From contig CM022665.1 in assembly GCA_012295275.1 (NCBI GenBank), positions 12,958,001-13,022,000 of the forward strand: DNA of 64,000 bases. The letters run 5' to 3'. The position numbers were made by a program, and so were the translations under genes. Of this stretch, positions 39,201 to 52,806 are shown in pieces. The stretch's first letter is position 1. Each line of letters begins with the position of its first letter. The notes below the pieces were generated by a model. That model saw only the letters and a list, made by a program, of their open reading frames with translations. It searched no databases and was not told the DNA's origin. This DNA comes from Chrysomallon squamiferum (lineage: Eukaryota; Animalia; Mollusca).

Positions 39201-42200
39201 GTAAAACCACTGTTTCTTTTTTTTGCCAATGCTTTAACTACTTCGGGGTGGTTCAACTTTCTGAAAAAGAATAAATAATAATGAATAAAAATGTTAATAA
39301 ATCATGTTTATTATTTGATTAGTGTGGTTAATGATTAATAATAATAACAAACATTATTATAAATAAGTATAATCAATTTAAAGTTCACCAAATAAATATT
39401 TTTTTAATAAAAAGGACAGTAGTAAAATAAATAAATTTTAAATTTATCAATTATAACATTAAAAACAACAATCTGTGTGTGTGTCTGTGTTTATATAATG
39501 TTCTTGTGAACTATAACAGTCAAAGTTATTGAAAATCAAAATATTATTTTCTGTTGTAACAACTGCTCACTCCATAAATGGAAAATTAAACAGTGAAAAT
39601 ATTACTACAGTGGTACCTTGACTTACGAGTTTAATTCGTTCCATGTCCAAGCTTGTAATTCAATTTTTCAAATGAAATTAATTGAAATACCATCAATCCA
39701 TTCCAGCCCCCAAAAACCCACCACAATTTTTGACAAACATTGTATAAAAAAAACAAAATAAAAGAGAATGTAAAGAAATAAATTAGTTTTGTAAAGTGTA
39801 TTTATCTTGGAGATCAGACAACTTGGCCTAACTAAAAATGCTTAGGATCCATGGTCAGAAAAATAACAAAAACATTTTGGTAAAATACTGCAGAAAACAC
39901 TAGCACAACAGATGCTTCCATGGTGAGGTAATCACATGAAGTAAATAAGTGAGACATGGGATGCTGGGTGGATATTGTGTTTTCCACTGTGCCAACTAGA
40001 GATGGTGTATCTGAAATTTGCTCATAACTCAGATCTTGGTTCACAATGCAAAGCAAAAAATTGACTCATAAACCTGTTAAGCACTTGTAAGTCAAGGTAC
40101 CATTGTTTTTCTGTCTGTGAGAAGGTAAACATAAAAGATCCCATGCTGCTGATAAAGAATAAATGGATGAAAAACTGGTTGTAGATTTTTCTCAAATATC
40201 TTCATTACACATAAACACAGTATTTTTTGGCATACTTATGTATATAATAAATGGTCATCAAATGCCAAACTTTGACACTAACATTAAAATTACTTAAGAG
40301 CTACTGACAAACATAATTCATTCATTAATTCATTAAACTACTAATATAGATAACCTTCCATTTAACAGAGTAATAAGAGGGGACATGTTGTCCAGAAAAT
40401 AAAAAATCCAGAGTTTCCAAAGGGTATTAGAAACAGCACAAATATTAAATATTAACAAAGTAGAGTAAATAATAAACTTGATTTACTTTAAATTCATATG
40501 TGGAATAATTTACTGAACTAAATTTACTTTAAAATCTCAGATTTTACTTACTCTCATGGACAGCAGACTGATCTTTTTTGATATGATCTTATAATGATGC
40601 ACAAAAAATTAAATTAATTTATATATCTTGAGAATGCTATGATAAAACAGAGCATGCACAGATGGCCAGTGTAAACAGACTGGCATGTTCTTTGATACTT
40701 TGTTAACTCCTGGAATGGTCCAGATTTTGATAGATTTGAGAATATTTATATATTTCACAGATATTGTTAGGATTTTCCAAAATCTGGCAAATAGGTATGC
40801 AGTAAATACAGGGGTAGGTATATTTTGTTGTCATATAAACAGTTTAAACTTGCCTCAGAGATGATATATGTGTTGTCTTGCGTTTCAGTTCAGTCTTTGC
40901 TGTGAGGAACAAGGACGATATATTTTTCTTCAGTACTGCATTCTCCTCAACAAGTTTTTCATTGTTTTTTGATAGTTTGTCCAGTTTCTCATGCAGAAAA
41001 CTTATGTAGTTTTGTGCCTCAGCAAATCGAAGCCTTATCTAAACCAAAAGAAAAAAAATAACAATAATAATAATAACAAAATATAAATAAATATAAAAAA
41101 TAAATAAATAAAATAAATTGAGAAAGATAAAAATAATAAATAAAATTATATTTATTTTAAAAACAATGATGGTCTACTAGTTTGTAATATATTAATATAG
41201 TTTCCTTTATGAATAAAAAGCAATTCACAATAATCTCAAATGTTAAAAATATTTGTTAACACAGACAGAAGAAAAAAGGATCATTCTGTGTTTTATTTAG
41301 AAATTTACCAATGTAATAACACACACTCACAAGGAATAGTAATATCAGTGGAAGATATTGTTACAAAACAATACTCTGAAATTATTTTAATTAATGTGGA
41401 AGAAAAATGTATAAATAAAATGAAAAGTAATTTCTTAAACAATAATAAAATTATTATTATGAGCAGTGGGAAATTAGTTTATAAACAATTATAAATCTAG
41501 ACTATCATATGTAAGTAATCTGATGAAAGCTAATGCCTTCACAACAATTAAAATACAAATTACAGAAGAAACATAGTTTAAAAAAACCTACTTCTTCATT
41601 GGAAAGGTCTCTCTTTTCCACATCATCACATACAAGATCTGTATACAAGTCAAGTGATGGCCAGATGTTTACAGATAGATGATCAGCAGAAGAATCATTT
41701 TTACAGACACCGTCATTCAAAACGTCAGAATTCAAACCTGTACAATTGACCGTAAGTGTTGATTCATTTTGTAGAATGCATTCTTTTGATGTCAGGCTAT
41801 TACCTTTGCCATTCACATCTGTTTTCAAGGCTTTGTTGTTATTTAATTTTGCTTCAGAATTGGTATCACAACTATCAAGTATATCACTATACAAATCAAT
41901 GCTTTCCTCGTTTGTCTGACACAGCATAGCACTGGGATCATCATGTTTCTGACTTCTGCTTGATTCATTATTTACACCAGTCTCCTTAGTATGGACCAGT
42001 TCACATGGTTTCTCTTCAATTGTAGCATATTTTGAACCACCATCTTCGTTTTGTTTTATTTTAAACAAAACCTTTTCTGATTCATCATGGTCATTTTCAG
42101 AGAATATGATTACATCAGTAGGTGAATGTTGGTTTGAAGCTGCATTATAGCATGGTTCACCAGAATTCTCAGACGATGACACAAACAATTCATTTAAAAT

Positions 42201-42233
42201 TTGATGTTTTTCTGAGTTACTGTCCTGTGACAT
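33293..42233 (-). CDS. CASP8AP2: CASP8-associated protein 2 / FLASH (histone pre-mRNA 3' processing factor), ~2264 aa
   Basis: Coding exons 42233-41592, 41038-40854 and 39260-33293 (5968 coding nt in one exon). N-terminal SLDLY motif plus coiled coil ENAVLKKNISSLFLTAKTELKRK matches FLASH ([23 protein letters not shown]). ARS2-binding LEEGEI motif at 34340-34357. Intron 40853-39261 is GC-AG. A probable non-coding first exon ends at 44510 and splices to the acceptor at 42370. Confidence 0.88.
39608..40105 (-). mobile_element. Non-autonomous Tigger/pogo element (same family as 436-1147)
   Basis: TIRs TA-CAGTGGTACCTTGACTTACGAG ... CTTGTAAGTCAAGGTACCATTG; internal sequence is the reverse complement of parts of 436-1147. 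Confidence 0.85.
40106..40200 (+). mobile_element. SINE fragment (conserved central domain)
   Basis: CTGTCTGTGAGAAGGTAAACATAAAAGATCCCATGCTGCT resembles the conserved molluscan SINE core also seen at 62160-62210. Confidence 0.5.
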
Positions 42234-42432
42234 GTTAATGAACTATCTGCTCTTAAAAACATCTGGCTAATTAAAGAATAATTCCATTTTATTTGGTTTT
42301 TGGTAAAACCATTTGACATGAAAAAATATATATATTCTCCTTTATGAATATTAGTATGGCACTGTTAACCTGAAATGAAAGATAAAGTTAAAAATAGTAA
42401 AATATTATAGAAACCTTAACTATTTATATATA

Positions 42433-43598
42433 TATGAAAAGCATGGGAAATGCACAACCAGAAATGATAACACATCTAGTGAATGGTGCATATATATCAC
42501 CATTAAAGATATCAATGAATAAGTACCATACTACCTTATAGACTATGCATCACAAAGAGTAACTTGAAAAAATAATTGTATAAATACTCCACCAAGACAC
42601 AAAATATTGTTGCATAGCGTTAAAAAATGTGGATATCATGCTGATTGGAGCTGTAAAAGATAGTCTCACTGTTAAACATGTAATGGCAAAGTTGACAGCT
42701 GAGGAATTTAGCATGGTTCAAATGGACATTTCAAGCAGATTCATTGCACATGGTTTGGATGCCACCATTCAACAATTACTATACTTTATAGGAGATAACA
42801 TCAGACAGTGTCTGAATGTTGTCATATTGTTTGCCTCTATATTTATGATGTAATCATCAAATTAATGCTACCAGCTACCACAAATGCATTAAATATTCAA
42901 GGATGACAAGGGTGGTTATCAGCATAGATACTGTGCACTGTTGGGCTATGTGTTCAACAACATGTTGGATCTATGTTTCATCTATTACATAATATAATAC
43001 ATGCTGGATCTATTGTGACTATTTGACATCAAAATCAGTGCTGATGTTTGGCAGGAAGGTATTGTTATTGGCACTGTCCTATTCTCTGAAGTTTCCATTT
43101 AAGGGATGCTGATGATTAGATTTGGATATAGCAGATATAGAGATCAACAGACAGATCAATGGGGTAGTAAAGTGTCAGCATGTATAACAACACACTATCT
43201 AATGAACAGTAATGTCCTAATACTTGAATGGCCAGTGCTTTCCTCTGATTTATTGTCAATAGAGCATCTTTATGATTACTTTGGTCAAAGCATCTCTACA
43301 AATGAAAAACCTTAGAGAACTAGAAAATGCTCTACATCATTTTACAGACATGAGATGACATTGCATGGCTTGTGCTGCTGCAGATGGTGGTCATACACTC
43401 TACTAACTTTTCCTTGTGACACCATGTGTCTTTCATATGTAGAAGAATTAAAACAAATCAATGACTGTGCATTCTTTTTTCATTTGAGGTCATTATCAGT
43501 CATCCATCTATTGCTGTTCATTACAAAAATATTTACTGCTCAGGTATTCTTTTTGAAATCTGACCATATCTTGGTGGTGCATTTCCAGTGCTGTTCAG
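42433..43598 (+). mobile_element. Degenerate Tc1-like DNA transposon in the 5' UTR intron of FLASH
   Basis: TIRs TGAAAAGCATGGGAAATGCACAACCA / TTGGTGGTGCATTTCCAGTGCTGTTCAG-TA. Transposase relics VLFS(D)E, LEWPVLSSDLLSIEHLYD (the WPxxSPDLNPIE motif) and GGHT..* at the end. Confidence 0.85.
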
Positions 43599-43807
43599 TA
43601 TATACATCCAAATAAAACAAATAACATTCTTCTTAACAATAATGTTCATAACAATATTTTTTCAACATTTATATTATGTAACTGATGAAACACAGAATAA
43701 AATGATTTCAAAATATTCAAAATACATTTTTTTTTAACTTTAGTTTTTGAGGGTAGCTTAATTATAAAGCAATTATTTATTTCACAGCTTTCAAATTGAG
43801 CAACTCT

Positions 43808-43856
<49 letters not shown>

Positions 43857-44609
43857 ATAATAATAAAACAAATAAATTTAAAAAATGTCTTTTGTGAGGG
43901 TAAAAATCATTTGGACATGCTTTTTTGATTTCAAAAAGAAAAATATTAGAAATTATATATATATTATTCTACAGATGAAGTTGCTAAAATATGTATGTAT
44001 TTTAAATTTCTCTGACCTGGTGCAATAAAAAATTATTTAAAAAAAAGAAAAAAAAAGACTAACACGTAACAGTGACATTATTCTGGAACTGTTAACATTG
44101 TTATTATACTCTCTCTCTGCTATGTATATTAATATCAATGATCAATCATATCCTGCGGCCTGAGTAGGGTTTGTTTGTTGTTTTGGGGGTTTTATGTTTT
44201 TATCTGACCTTAAAATATTAAATAATATAATATAAGCATATTTATTATTTTTATGTACAGGTGATATATTATTATGAAGTCACAGTTCTGATGATCAAGT
44301 CAATGATTTGCGTATCGTGATTACAACATTTAATATTGTATTTCTTCTGACACTTGACAGCTGTATCTGATAATCAAAAGTAAAAGTTTAAATTTGTTCA
44401 TAACGTCCAAAATCTTTTTCGTATTATTTTACTTTTTATAATTTTAGAACATACGATCATTGAAAATAACCAATCTGTTTTGAATCACAGACAAATATAT
44501 ATAACTTACAAAATGACATATTGTGAAGAATAACTAAGTTTACTAAAGTAAAAAACATTCATAAATACGTAAAACGAAACCGTTTCATTTTCCCCGCTTG
44601 CTGTGTTAT

Positions 44610-45147
44610 GCACCTAAAATTCGTAGATTGATGCGCTGTCTATAATAATTATATTTCAGAATCGTACCAGTCGTTAATTTTAATATTTTTGCTAAAAACG
44701 TTAGACGTATTCGAACGATCATGGAATTTTGTCACAATCGCCTACATCGCCACACAACAACAAATATAATAAAGATTACATTAAATTAAAATACCAATAA
44801 TTTAATCCTTAGATGTTTGATACGGCTGCCTTACTAATATACTTCTTGAATCGTCTCTTGCAACATAAACAGGACAACATACTTTTACATAGCTCAAAAG
44901 ATTCCAAATAATCTGTCAGAAAAAATAAAATAAATTTTTACAAAATCTTCTAAATTAAAATTAAATATCTGTATTCTTCTTATTATTATTCTTCTTATTC
45001 TTCTTTTTATTATTTTAAATGTAAATACCCCATATTTACAAATATATCACTGTTTTTTCTACTAGAGAACATAGAAATCGAATGGGCCTCTTACTAGATT
45101 TAATTACAGTCCATCGGCGTAATTGCGGAAGTGCTTCTAAAGACAAC
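44610..45147. promoter_or_regulatory. Bidirectional promoter region, FLASH / STRAP
   Basis: Head-to-head arrangement, local CpG enrichment, Ets/GABP-type GCGGAAGT at 45125-45132. Confidence 0.6.
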
Positions 45148-45436
45148 ATGGCCGGCATACGACAGACTCCGTTGACGTGCAGTGGTCACACGCGGCCTGT
45201 TGTACATCTTGCTTTCAGCGACATAACGACATACGGATATTTTCTTATAAGTGCTTGCAAAGGTTTGCGTCGATTTTCATTTTGTTTATTAAATAAAAAT
45301 TTATTTTAAAATACTGGGCCATTTTATTTTATTTTATTTTATTTTATTTTATTTTATTTTTTAAACCTGTCTTTAAACAAATCAAAAAAAATACTCAGTA
45401 GCTTATTATATTTTTTTCCGAACAGATTTTTTTTTT

Positions 45437-45525
<89 letters not shown>

Positions 45526-48500
45526 ATAAAACTTTTAACAAATAACTTTGCTGGCAGAGTCGACCATTCAAATAATTTGAATTATCATTATAAGACATAA
45601 ACTTGATAATGACTGTCCAAGCTGCAGTGAATAGCTTCTGCTAAAAACTGTGTGTGTGGGTGTTAATGTAAATTATTTGAACAGATGGTGATACTGTTAC
45701 ATGTTACATGATTAAAATAGAGTTATCTCAGAATATGATGTGCAAACCTTTAATACTTTATAACTATTAACTATTAAGTATTTTCATAATTTTTATAGCT
45801 CAGCAGTTTGATATTTAAAAAAAAAGGTTGTTTTAAGCTTGTTGGAATGCATCAGATGATCAGTATTATTTCTGACAAATAAATAGGTATGATGAACAAG
45901 TACACATTTCATGAAAGAAATAAAATTATGATCAGTATTTCATTTTTACATTTGAAATTTGTTATTTTTTTTTTATTGGTGAGGAATTTGAAGGAAATCA
46001 GGATATTCTCTGTATGTATGCATATGTCACTGTATATTATTTAGTGATACTTTTTCAACAGACTTGACGATGTTTTTAATGATTATAGATGGCAAACCAA
46101 TGCTAAGACAAGGTGACACAGGTGACTGGATTGGCACATTTGTAGGTCATAAAGGAGCTGTATGGGGAGCCACTCTGAATAAAGATGCAACACTGGCTGC
46201 CACTGGTGCTGCTGACTTTACAGCGTTAGTAATTTTGATATAGTGTATTAAAAGGACATTGTAACTATTATGCATTGTTCATATTTAAATATTAAGTTAA
46301 TATTTATACTGGAAATGATTTATAGGTAATCAAATAGTACAGTTACCAATTCTAAATAACTTTTTTTTACAACATTATTCTTAATAAATTCACAACAATG
46401 TTTCTAATACAATTTGATTATCTTAGCTAGCAAAGCAGTCATCCGTTCAAATAATCTGTGGTATGTGGTTGCGAAGTATACTAGAATTATTACAGCTCAG
46501 ACAGTTTATTAAATATGGTTAGCACTATTTTACATAAGATGATGTCAGGTAATTTCATGTATGTTCAGATTTAAATATAAATATACATAATTATTATTTT
46601 TTTAAATGTGTTACCATTTAGAGGTGGATATATGAAACTTAATGATGTCTATGAAATAATGAATATTATTCTTCAGTGATGTCTATGAAATAATGACTAT
46701 TCATTTTCTGTGCTAATGGGAAAAAAAATTATATACAATTTATGCTATACAAGTTTCTACCAAGTATGTTATTTAGTTAGTTCTAGCAGTTAATTTTAAT
46801 TTTATTCTGTTTTCACAAAACATGGTACAGTCTTTATTTGTTTCTTCTAATTCTCAAAATATTGTTTTTCAATTTGTACAACAGTGGATGAAGTATCTAT
46901 TATTTTTCTTTCTTTAAAAAAAAATTTTTTGTTTAATATGAGTAAATAAATGTACTTTTCAGGAAGCTGTGGAATGCTGAAACAGGTGAAGAACTTCACA
47001 CATTTGCACACAAGCACATTGTCAAATGTGTAGATTTTTCCTCAGACAGCAGTGTTCTGCTAACAGGCTGCCATGACAAGAATCTAAGAATTTTTGATGT
47101 GTCGAAACCTGATGAAGGTGTGCATTTTACTGTGATACATCACACACAGCATTAAAATATTCACAATTATTAGTTTTTATGTACAAGAGGCTAGCTGCTG
47201 ATAATGAATGTTCATTTTATTTTGTACGGCTGCTAATACCTGAGACAAAAATGCATCATATTTACAGATGTTCACAGAGCCTGATAGATGTCATTCAGCT
47301 GATTATTTTCATCAATATCATTATTTTTATTTTATTTTTAATTTTTTTTCAACTTTAAAAATGTGATATGTCACTGGCATCTTTGATATTTCAAAAGGCT
47401 ATTATTTTATTGTCAAAAATATTAAAACCTCTGCCTATGTAACTTAGATACACTATAGTTTGTAACTATAATCTTAAAATTTAGAATTCATTAATTTTTT
47501 TTTTTTTTTTTTTTTTGTCAGAGCCAGAAGTGTTCAGTGGACATGCTTCAAATATCAGAGCAGCTTTATTCATGAAAAATGACAAATCATTCATTAGCAT
47601 TTCTGATGACAAGAGTATAAGGTATGTCCCAACACTGGTTGTTTGTGAATGTGCCTAACCAAAAGAGATGTAATGGTGAGGATAAAGCTAACAATTAGTT
47701 GATAAATTAATCATGTAACTTATGTGGATAGTTGAAAACATATAAAATAGAAAAATAGAAAATAAAAAGTATCATTAAAGTTAAAATGAAAAAAATATAT
47801 ATATATAGATATATGTATAATAATAATATTATTGATATATAGATCTAGATAAGTTTTTTTTAAATTTAATTATTTTATTTGAACAGAATTTGGGATGTTG
47901 CCAGCAAGTCGGAGGTCAAGAAAATCGATATTCCTGTTCTGCCAACGAGTTTAGAATTGGCACGAGATGGAACAGTGTTTGTTGTTACTTATGGAAACAC
48001 AACATCTTTTTGGGATGCTCAAACGTAAACATGAATACTTAATTACTCATGCTGTCATGCATAAAGTATTTATCCCTTCTATTTATTGCCTTCATAACGT
48101 TATGTGATTTATTGCCAGAAATAGGAATTTAAAGAATACAGAAAAATAATATTCCTCTATTTGAACTATGATTCATTTTTAATAGATGTACCAGATAGCA
48201 AATATTAAGTCATCTTTGGGAAGTACATATATTTAAAATACAGTTTTGTTAGGGGTAAGTATAATTTGAATTGTAATTGATAGAAATATGTGACAATCTT
48301 TTCTGAATGCAGCTTTATTTAGAAAAATCTTTTCTGATATCAAATTACTTCAAAATGGCTGGAAGAATGAGCTATATTAATAGTGGTTTTTCATTAAAAT
48401 TTACATTAAAAGTGGACCAAGTACAAAAACAAATTCCATGTTTAACCTGTACTTTGGGAAAAGTCATTTATCCTGTGATTAAATAATAAAAAATATTAAA

Positions 48501-49254
48501 AAAACACTGAATTTAAAAAACATTTTTGAAATTTCAATTTATTTTTAATTTTTAATTTTGTATTTCCAGATTTGAAAAAATAAAAGAATTTGAAGCCTTG
48601 CTACCTATCTATTCATCCTCCTTGCATCCCACTGAATCAGTTTTTGTATCTGGTGGAGAAGATTTTAAAATGTATAAATTTGATTATGAAACAGGAGCGG
48701 AAATAGGTAATCTATGATATGAAATGTAGTTCTCACTGAATAAATAGTTTTGGAAGTGCAACAGTCTTTTTCAACTTTACCTATATTTTTGGTTTATATT
48801 CAAAACTAGACCTACACATTTTAGTAAATACAGATTCTAGATAATTAATAAAAGTTTATTGTAATTTTCTATTTAAAATCTTTAATGTCTGTATGATAAT
48901 TATTAGAACATATTTTGTTTCATTTTGTTTCATTTCATTTTTCATTAAATGGTGAATATCGTCAAGATTATAGTAATTATCAATACACATATTTCAAATC
49001 TTTTATCTCTTATAATTATTGTTCTTAACATTTTTTTACTTTAAGAATCTTTCAAAGGCCATTTTGGACCTGTACACTGTGTGAGGTTCTCACCAGATGG
49101 AGAGCTGTATGCAAGTGGTAGTGAGGATGGTACATTACGTCTATGGCAGACTCAAGTTGGAAAGACATACGGATTATGGAAGTGCATTACTCCAGAAGAA
49201 AACTGTCTATCTAGCTCAGACCCTAACATTTCCACAGTGAAAGTAGAAACTTAA
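45148..49254 (+). CDS. STRAP: Serine-threonine kinase receptor-associated protein (UNRIP, WD40), 329 aa
   Basis: Exons 45148-45262, 46089-46224, 46963-47117, 47522-47621, 47887-48024, 48570-48706, 49046-49254, all in phase. Sequence [80 protein letters not shown] is diagnostic. Confidence 0.97.
45439..45523. repeat. Palindromic (AAT)n(ATT)n microsatellite
   Basis: Seen directly in STRAP intron 1. Confidence 0.9.
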
Positions 49255-52200
49255 TGTAAAATTAATTTTTTTTAAATTAAAACTGATAATTTCATTTTGA
49301 GTATCAAAATGTTTATTTTTTAAGTTAACTGAGATTGATATTTTGAAGAGATTTATTTTTTTATTTTAAAATTTATCCTTATTTTTTTCAAATTTATAGA
49401 CTTAATTATATATTATCGTATGAAACTCTCCATAAAATTAGGTTGCAGCTGGAAAAGAAGAAAATCTTAAATTGCATTAGTTTACATACAGCAAAAGATA
49501 AATATGTAAGTGTTTTGTTGATGATACTAGGACAGTTTATTTGAATGTTTTTTATTTTTTACTTCTTTATTTTTAAATTTAATTTATTGACTTTCTTGAT
49601 TTTAATTTATATTATGAATGTTTAATGAGAAAAGGTGCATTTTATAGTTTGGTGATAGTTTTGTTTAAAAGTTTAATCAAGTACTTAATAGCACATGCAT
49701 GTCCTTTCTGTTTTACTTACAACAGTTATTCATTTCTTAGTAGAGATACGCCTTGGAGTCTTTATTACATTTTGTACAGCATTAATGTGATAATGTCAGA
49801 TTAGAGTATTGACAAAATTTAATGATACAAATCTTTCAGCATTAGCCTTTTTAACTTATTTGAACAACAATTATATTTTTTTATAGAAATCAAATTAACA
49901 GATGTGTTCTTTAGTAAACTTTTGTTCACAGGATGAAATAAATTGTCAGTTGATAAAATGCATGTTTTAAGTTTTTATTAATCATCAAATGAAAAGTAAC
50001 TTTTTTTTTTTTTTTAATCTAATGTAGATATATGTCTTATTTTTATATTCATGCAATAAATAGGTTTAATTTTTTCCTTTACTTAGAGTACATGCAGTCT
50101 CATCATTCCCTATAATATAAGTAGAAAGAAAATTAATATGTCTGTTAAAACCTTATGCATACATTTTAAAGAAGATCTGAGAATATTTTCAGGGTTAGAA
50201 TATGGCTGTTCATTGGTGAGATACAAGAATAAAGTATATAAGTTAGTCATTCAGTAACTTTGTTCAACATAATATATGCAACGAGTGCAATATGACAGGC
50301 TTTTTGTCATGGTTAACAATTTAGCAGAATGTTTCTGCCTTAATCATTATCTGAAGTAGATCTTGTACTTCCAACATTTGGAAGTAAGATCAGTTGAAAA
50401 AATAAAACACATGGAATCTAAAGCCTGTGATTAAAAAAAAAAAAAAAAGATGGAAAAGCTTCAGATGTGTATGTATATAATTAAATATTCATTATTAACT
50501 GTTTAAAATAAGCATAATTCATTTTATTTCAAGAACTATAAATGTTATCAGTAAAAATGATTGATTGCCAATTTTAAGACCATGACATTTGGTTGGAGCA
50601 GTTTGCAAGAAAATGATTTTGATGATTTGTGGTTCATTTGGTTCAAACCATAATTTATTTCATGTGATTACTGCAGTATCGGATGACAATATTGCAAACA
50701 TATCACAAAGAATTTTTACTGAAATTCTTTTTATTTATTTATTTATTTCTCCTAGTTTTCTTATTATAGGTTATTCAGCATTAAATCCACATCATGATAT
50801 AGCAATAGGTTTTTTGTTGGGTTTTTTTGCTTCTGACTTCAACATATATAATACTAATCTGTAAATTATTATTTCTTCCATTAAAATGTTTTTTCTATTT
50901 TGATGTTTTGAAGACTAGAAATTTTTATGGTGTTCTTTGAATTACATAAAGGTGATGGGTATCATTTCCTGTTATAACACTGTCATATAAAGGTGATTGT
51001 GTTTTTCCTGGGTTTTTTTAAATAATTATTTTCATGTCATTGCTTTTCATTAGCCACTATTGAAATTAATTTGTTGATGTTCAGTGGCCAGTGATGGAAA
51101 ATCTATCAATATTTTTTATAAAATATTTATTAAAAATATTACAAGTGGGCTGCTTTGTTTTGTAGTCATGTTTATTTCTGAGCATGTTTAAAACCTAATT
51201 ATTTATTTTAAAAATCAAAACACAAGTTTTCATTTTTGAATTGTGGTCACATATGGATGAAAAATTACATTTGAATGTCTTCAGCATAATTTTTGTATGA
51301 TTTTTAAAAGATTTTTTATTTTTTTAATTATTGATTTATTATTTATTTTTGTTGTTGTTGTAAAAGTGTACATTATAACATACAGTTAATTTTTTATCCC
51401 TTAATCCTAACAGTAGCATTCATTTTCTTTCAAGACAATTGTTTTTTTTTTGTAATCTAGAAAATACCAGCTTGCATGCTTTACCAGTTTGTTTTAGGAT
51501 TTTTAGGGATGTTAAGAAATTATTTTTGTATTATCACAGCATTTAGAATATAAAATGTGTGTAGCCCGTTTTATTACATACTACACAATACCTGTACTTC
51601 AATATATTATAATGAAAACTAAATGCAACTTACACAATTCTAAACTCAACATTTAACCATTTACCTTGGGGTTTTTTGTATCAAAGCAGCTTATACTTAG
51701 TTTAATATCAATAATTATAAAAGTTCTTACAGATTTTGTTCTCAAGTCTTAAATATGAATTTTTCACTGTAGAATTATGATTTTGTATGTACATTATGAC
51801 ACAGTGACCAACATTGCTTTCAGTCACCTAATTACTTAAGGAAGAAAAAAAGTAGTATGATAGACCAATTATATTACAATGTATCTCCAACTTTTAGAGC
51901 AAGACTTAAATATGCAAACATTTGGACTATATAATTTTAAAAGCCACTTTAACTTATTAAAGCAATTGTTGAAAGATTTGAATGTGATACATGGAGTCAG
52001 TTTATGGGATTTGGGTTTTTTTTTTTTTTTAAATGAAAAGGGCTATACAACATGAAACAAAAGATAAGGGGAGGTATGAAATAAAATGATCTTCAGTTCT
52101 GGGTGTATTTTGGCTTTGTTCTTGTAAAAACAAGGTTTTTCTTCTTTTTTTTCATTCTTTTGTGTCATGCAGGATTATGTCTGCAAACTTTCTTTGGTGC

Positions 52201-52744
52201 TTTTGTAGCAGTATGCAAAATCTCTCTCAAATTGTAAAGATCATGTGAAATAAAGAATGACGATTTTATGTGAATCACATTTTGCTTTTATTTTTTTTTT
52301 ATCATCATTATTATGATGGGTTAATATATTCAAGTAAAAACATAAAACAGTTCTGCACTATCCTCTTCTTTTGTATTAATAACTGCTAGTCTTAAATCAA
52401 TTATTCATGTTCAGGATCCTTTATCTGAGCTCTAAGACTTTACTTTATGCACAACTATCACCACTAGAAAAAACAGGATAATCTTTAAATCAATCTTATT
52501 GTGAATGTTTTATTTTTATTTTTTTTTATATACATACAAACAACAAACTTTATTTTGAAACTTCTATGACAAGATGGCAAGTCACTCGACACCAATAAGT
52601 CTTGAATTTTGTTTTTCATAAATAAAAAAATTAACTGCTTGTTAAAAATCTACATGTCATTTCAGTTGAGAGGTGTACACAGCTCATTATGAACTAAATG
52701 TGCCAGGATGGAAAAAAGAGCACTATATTATATAATATATATAC

Positions 52745-52781
<37 letters not shown>

Positions 52782-52806
52782 AAAACAGTCCACGAGTCAC
52801 ATCAAA

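Noticed and set aside
33631-39278. Plus-strand and off-frame ORFs overlapping the giant FLASH exon
   Set aside because: Shadow ORFs of a long coding exon; no recognisable motifs.
40552-40587. 36-nt candidate cassette exon in FLASH
   Set aside because: Weak acceptor, and not needed because the GC donor joins the giant exon directly in frame.
45082-45147. Upstream in-frame ATG extending STRAP by 22 aa
   Set aside because: Homology starts at 45148, and the upstream ATG probably lies at or before the transcription start.
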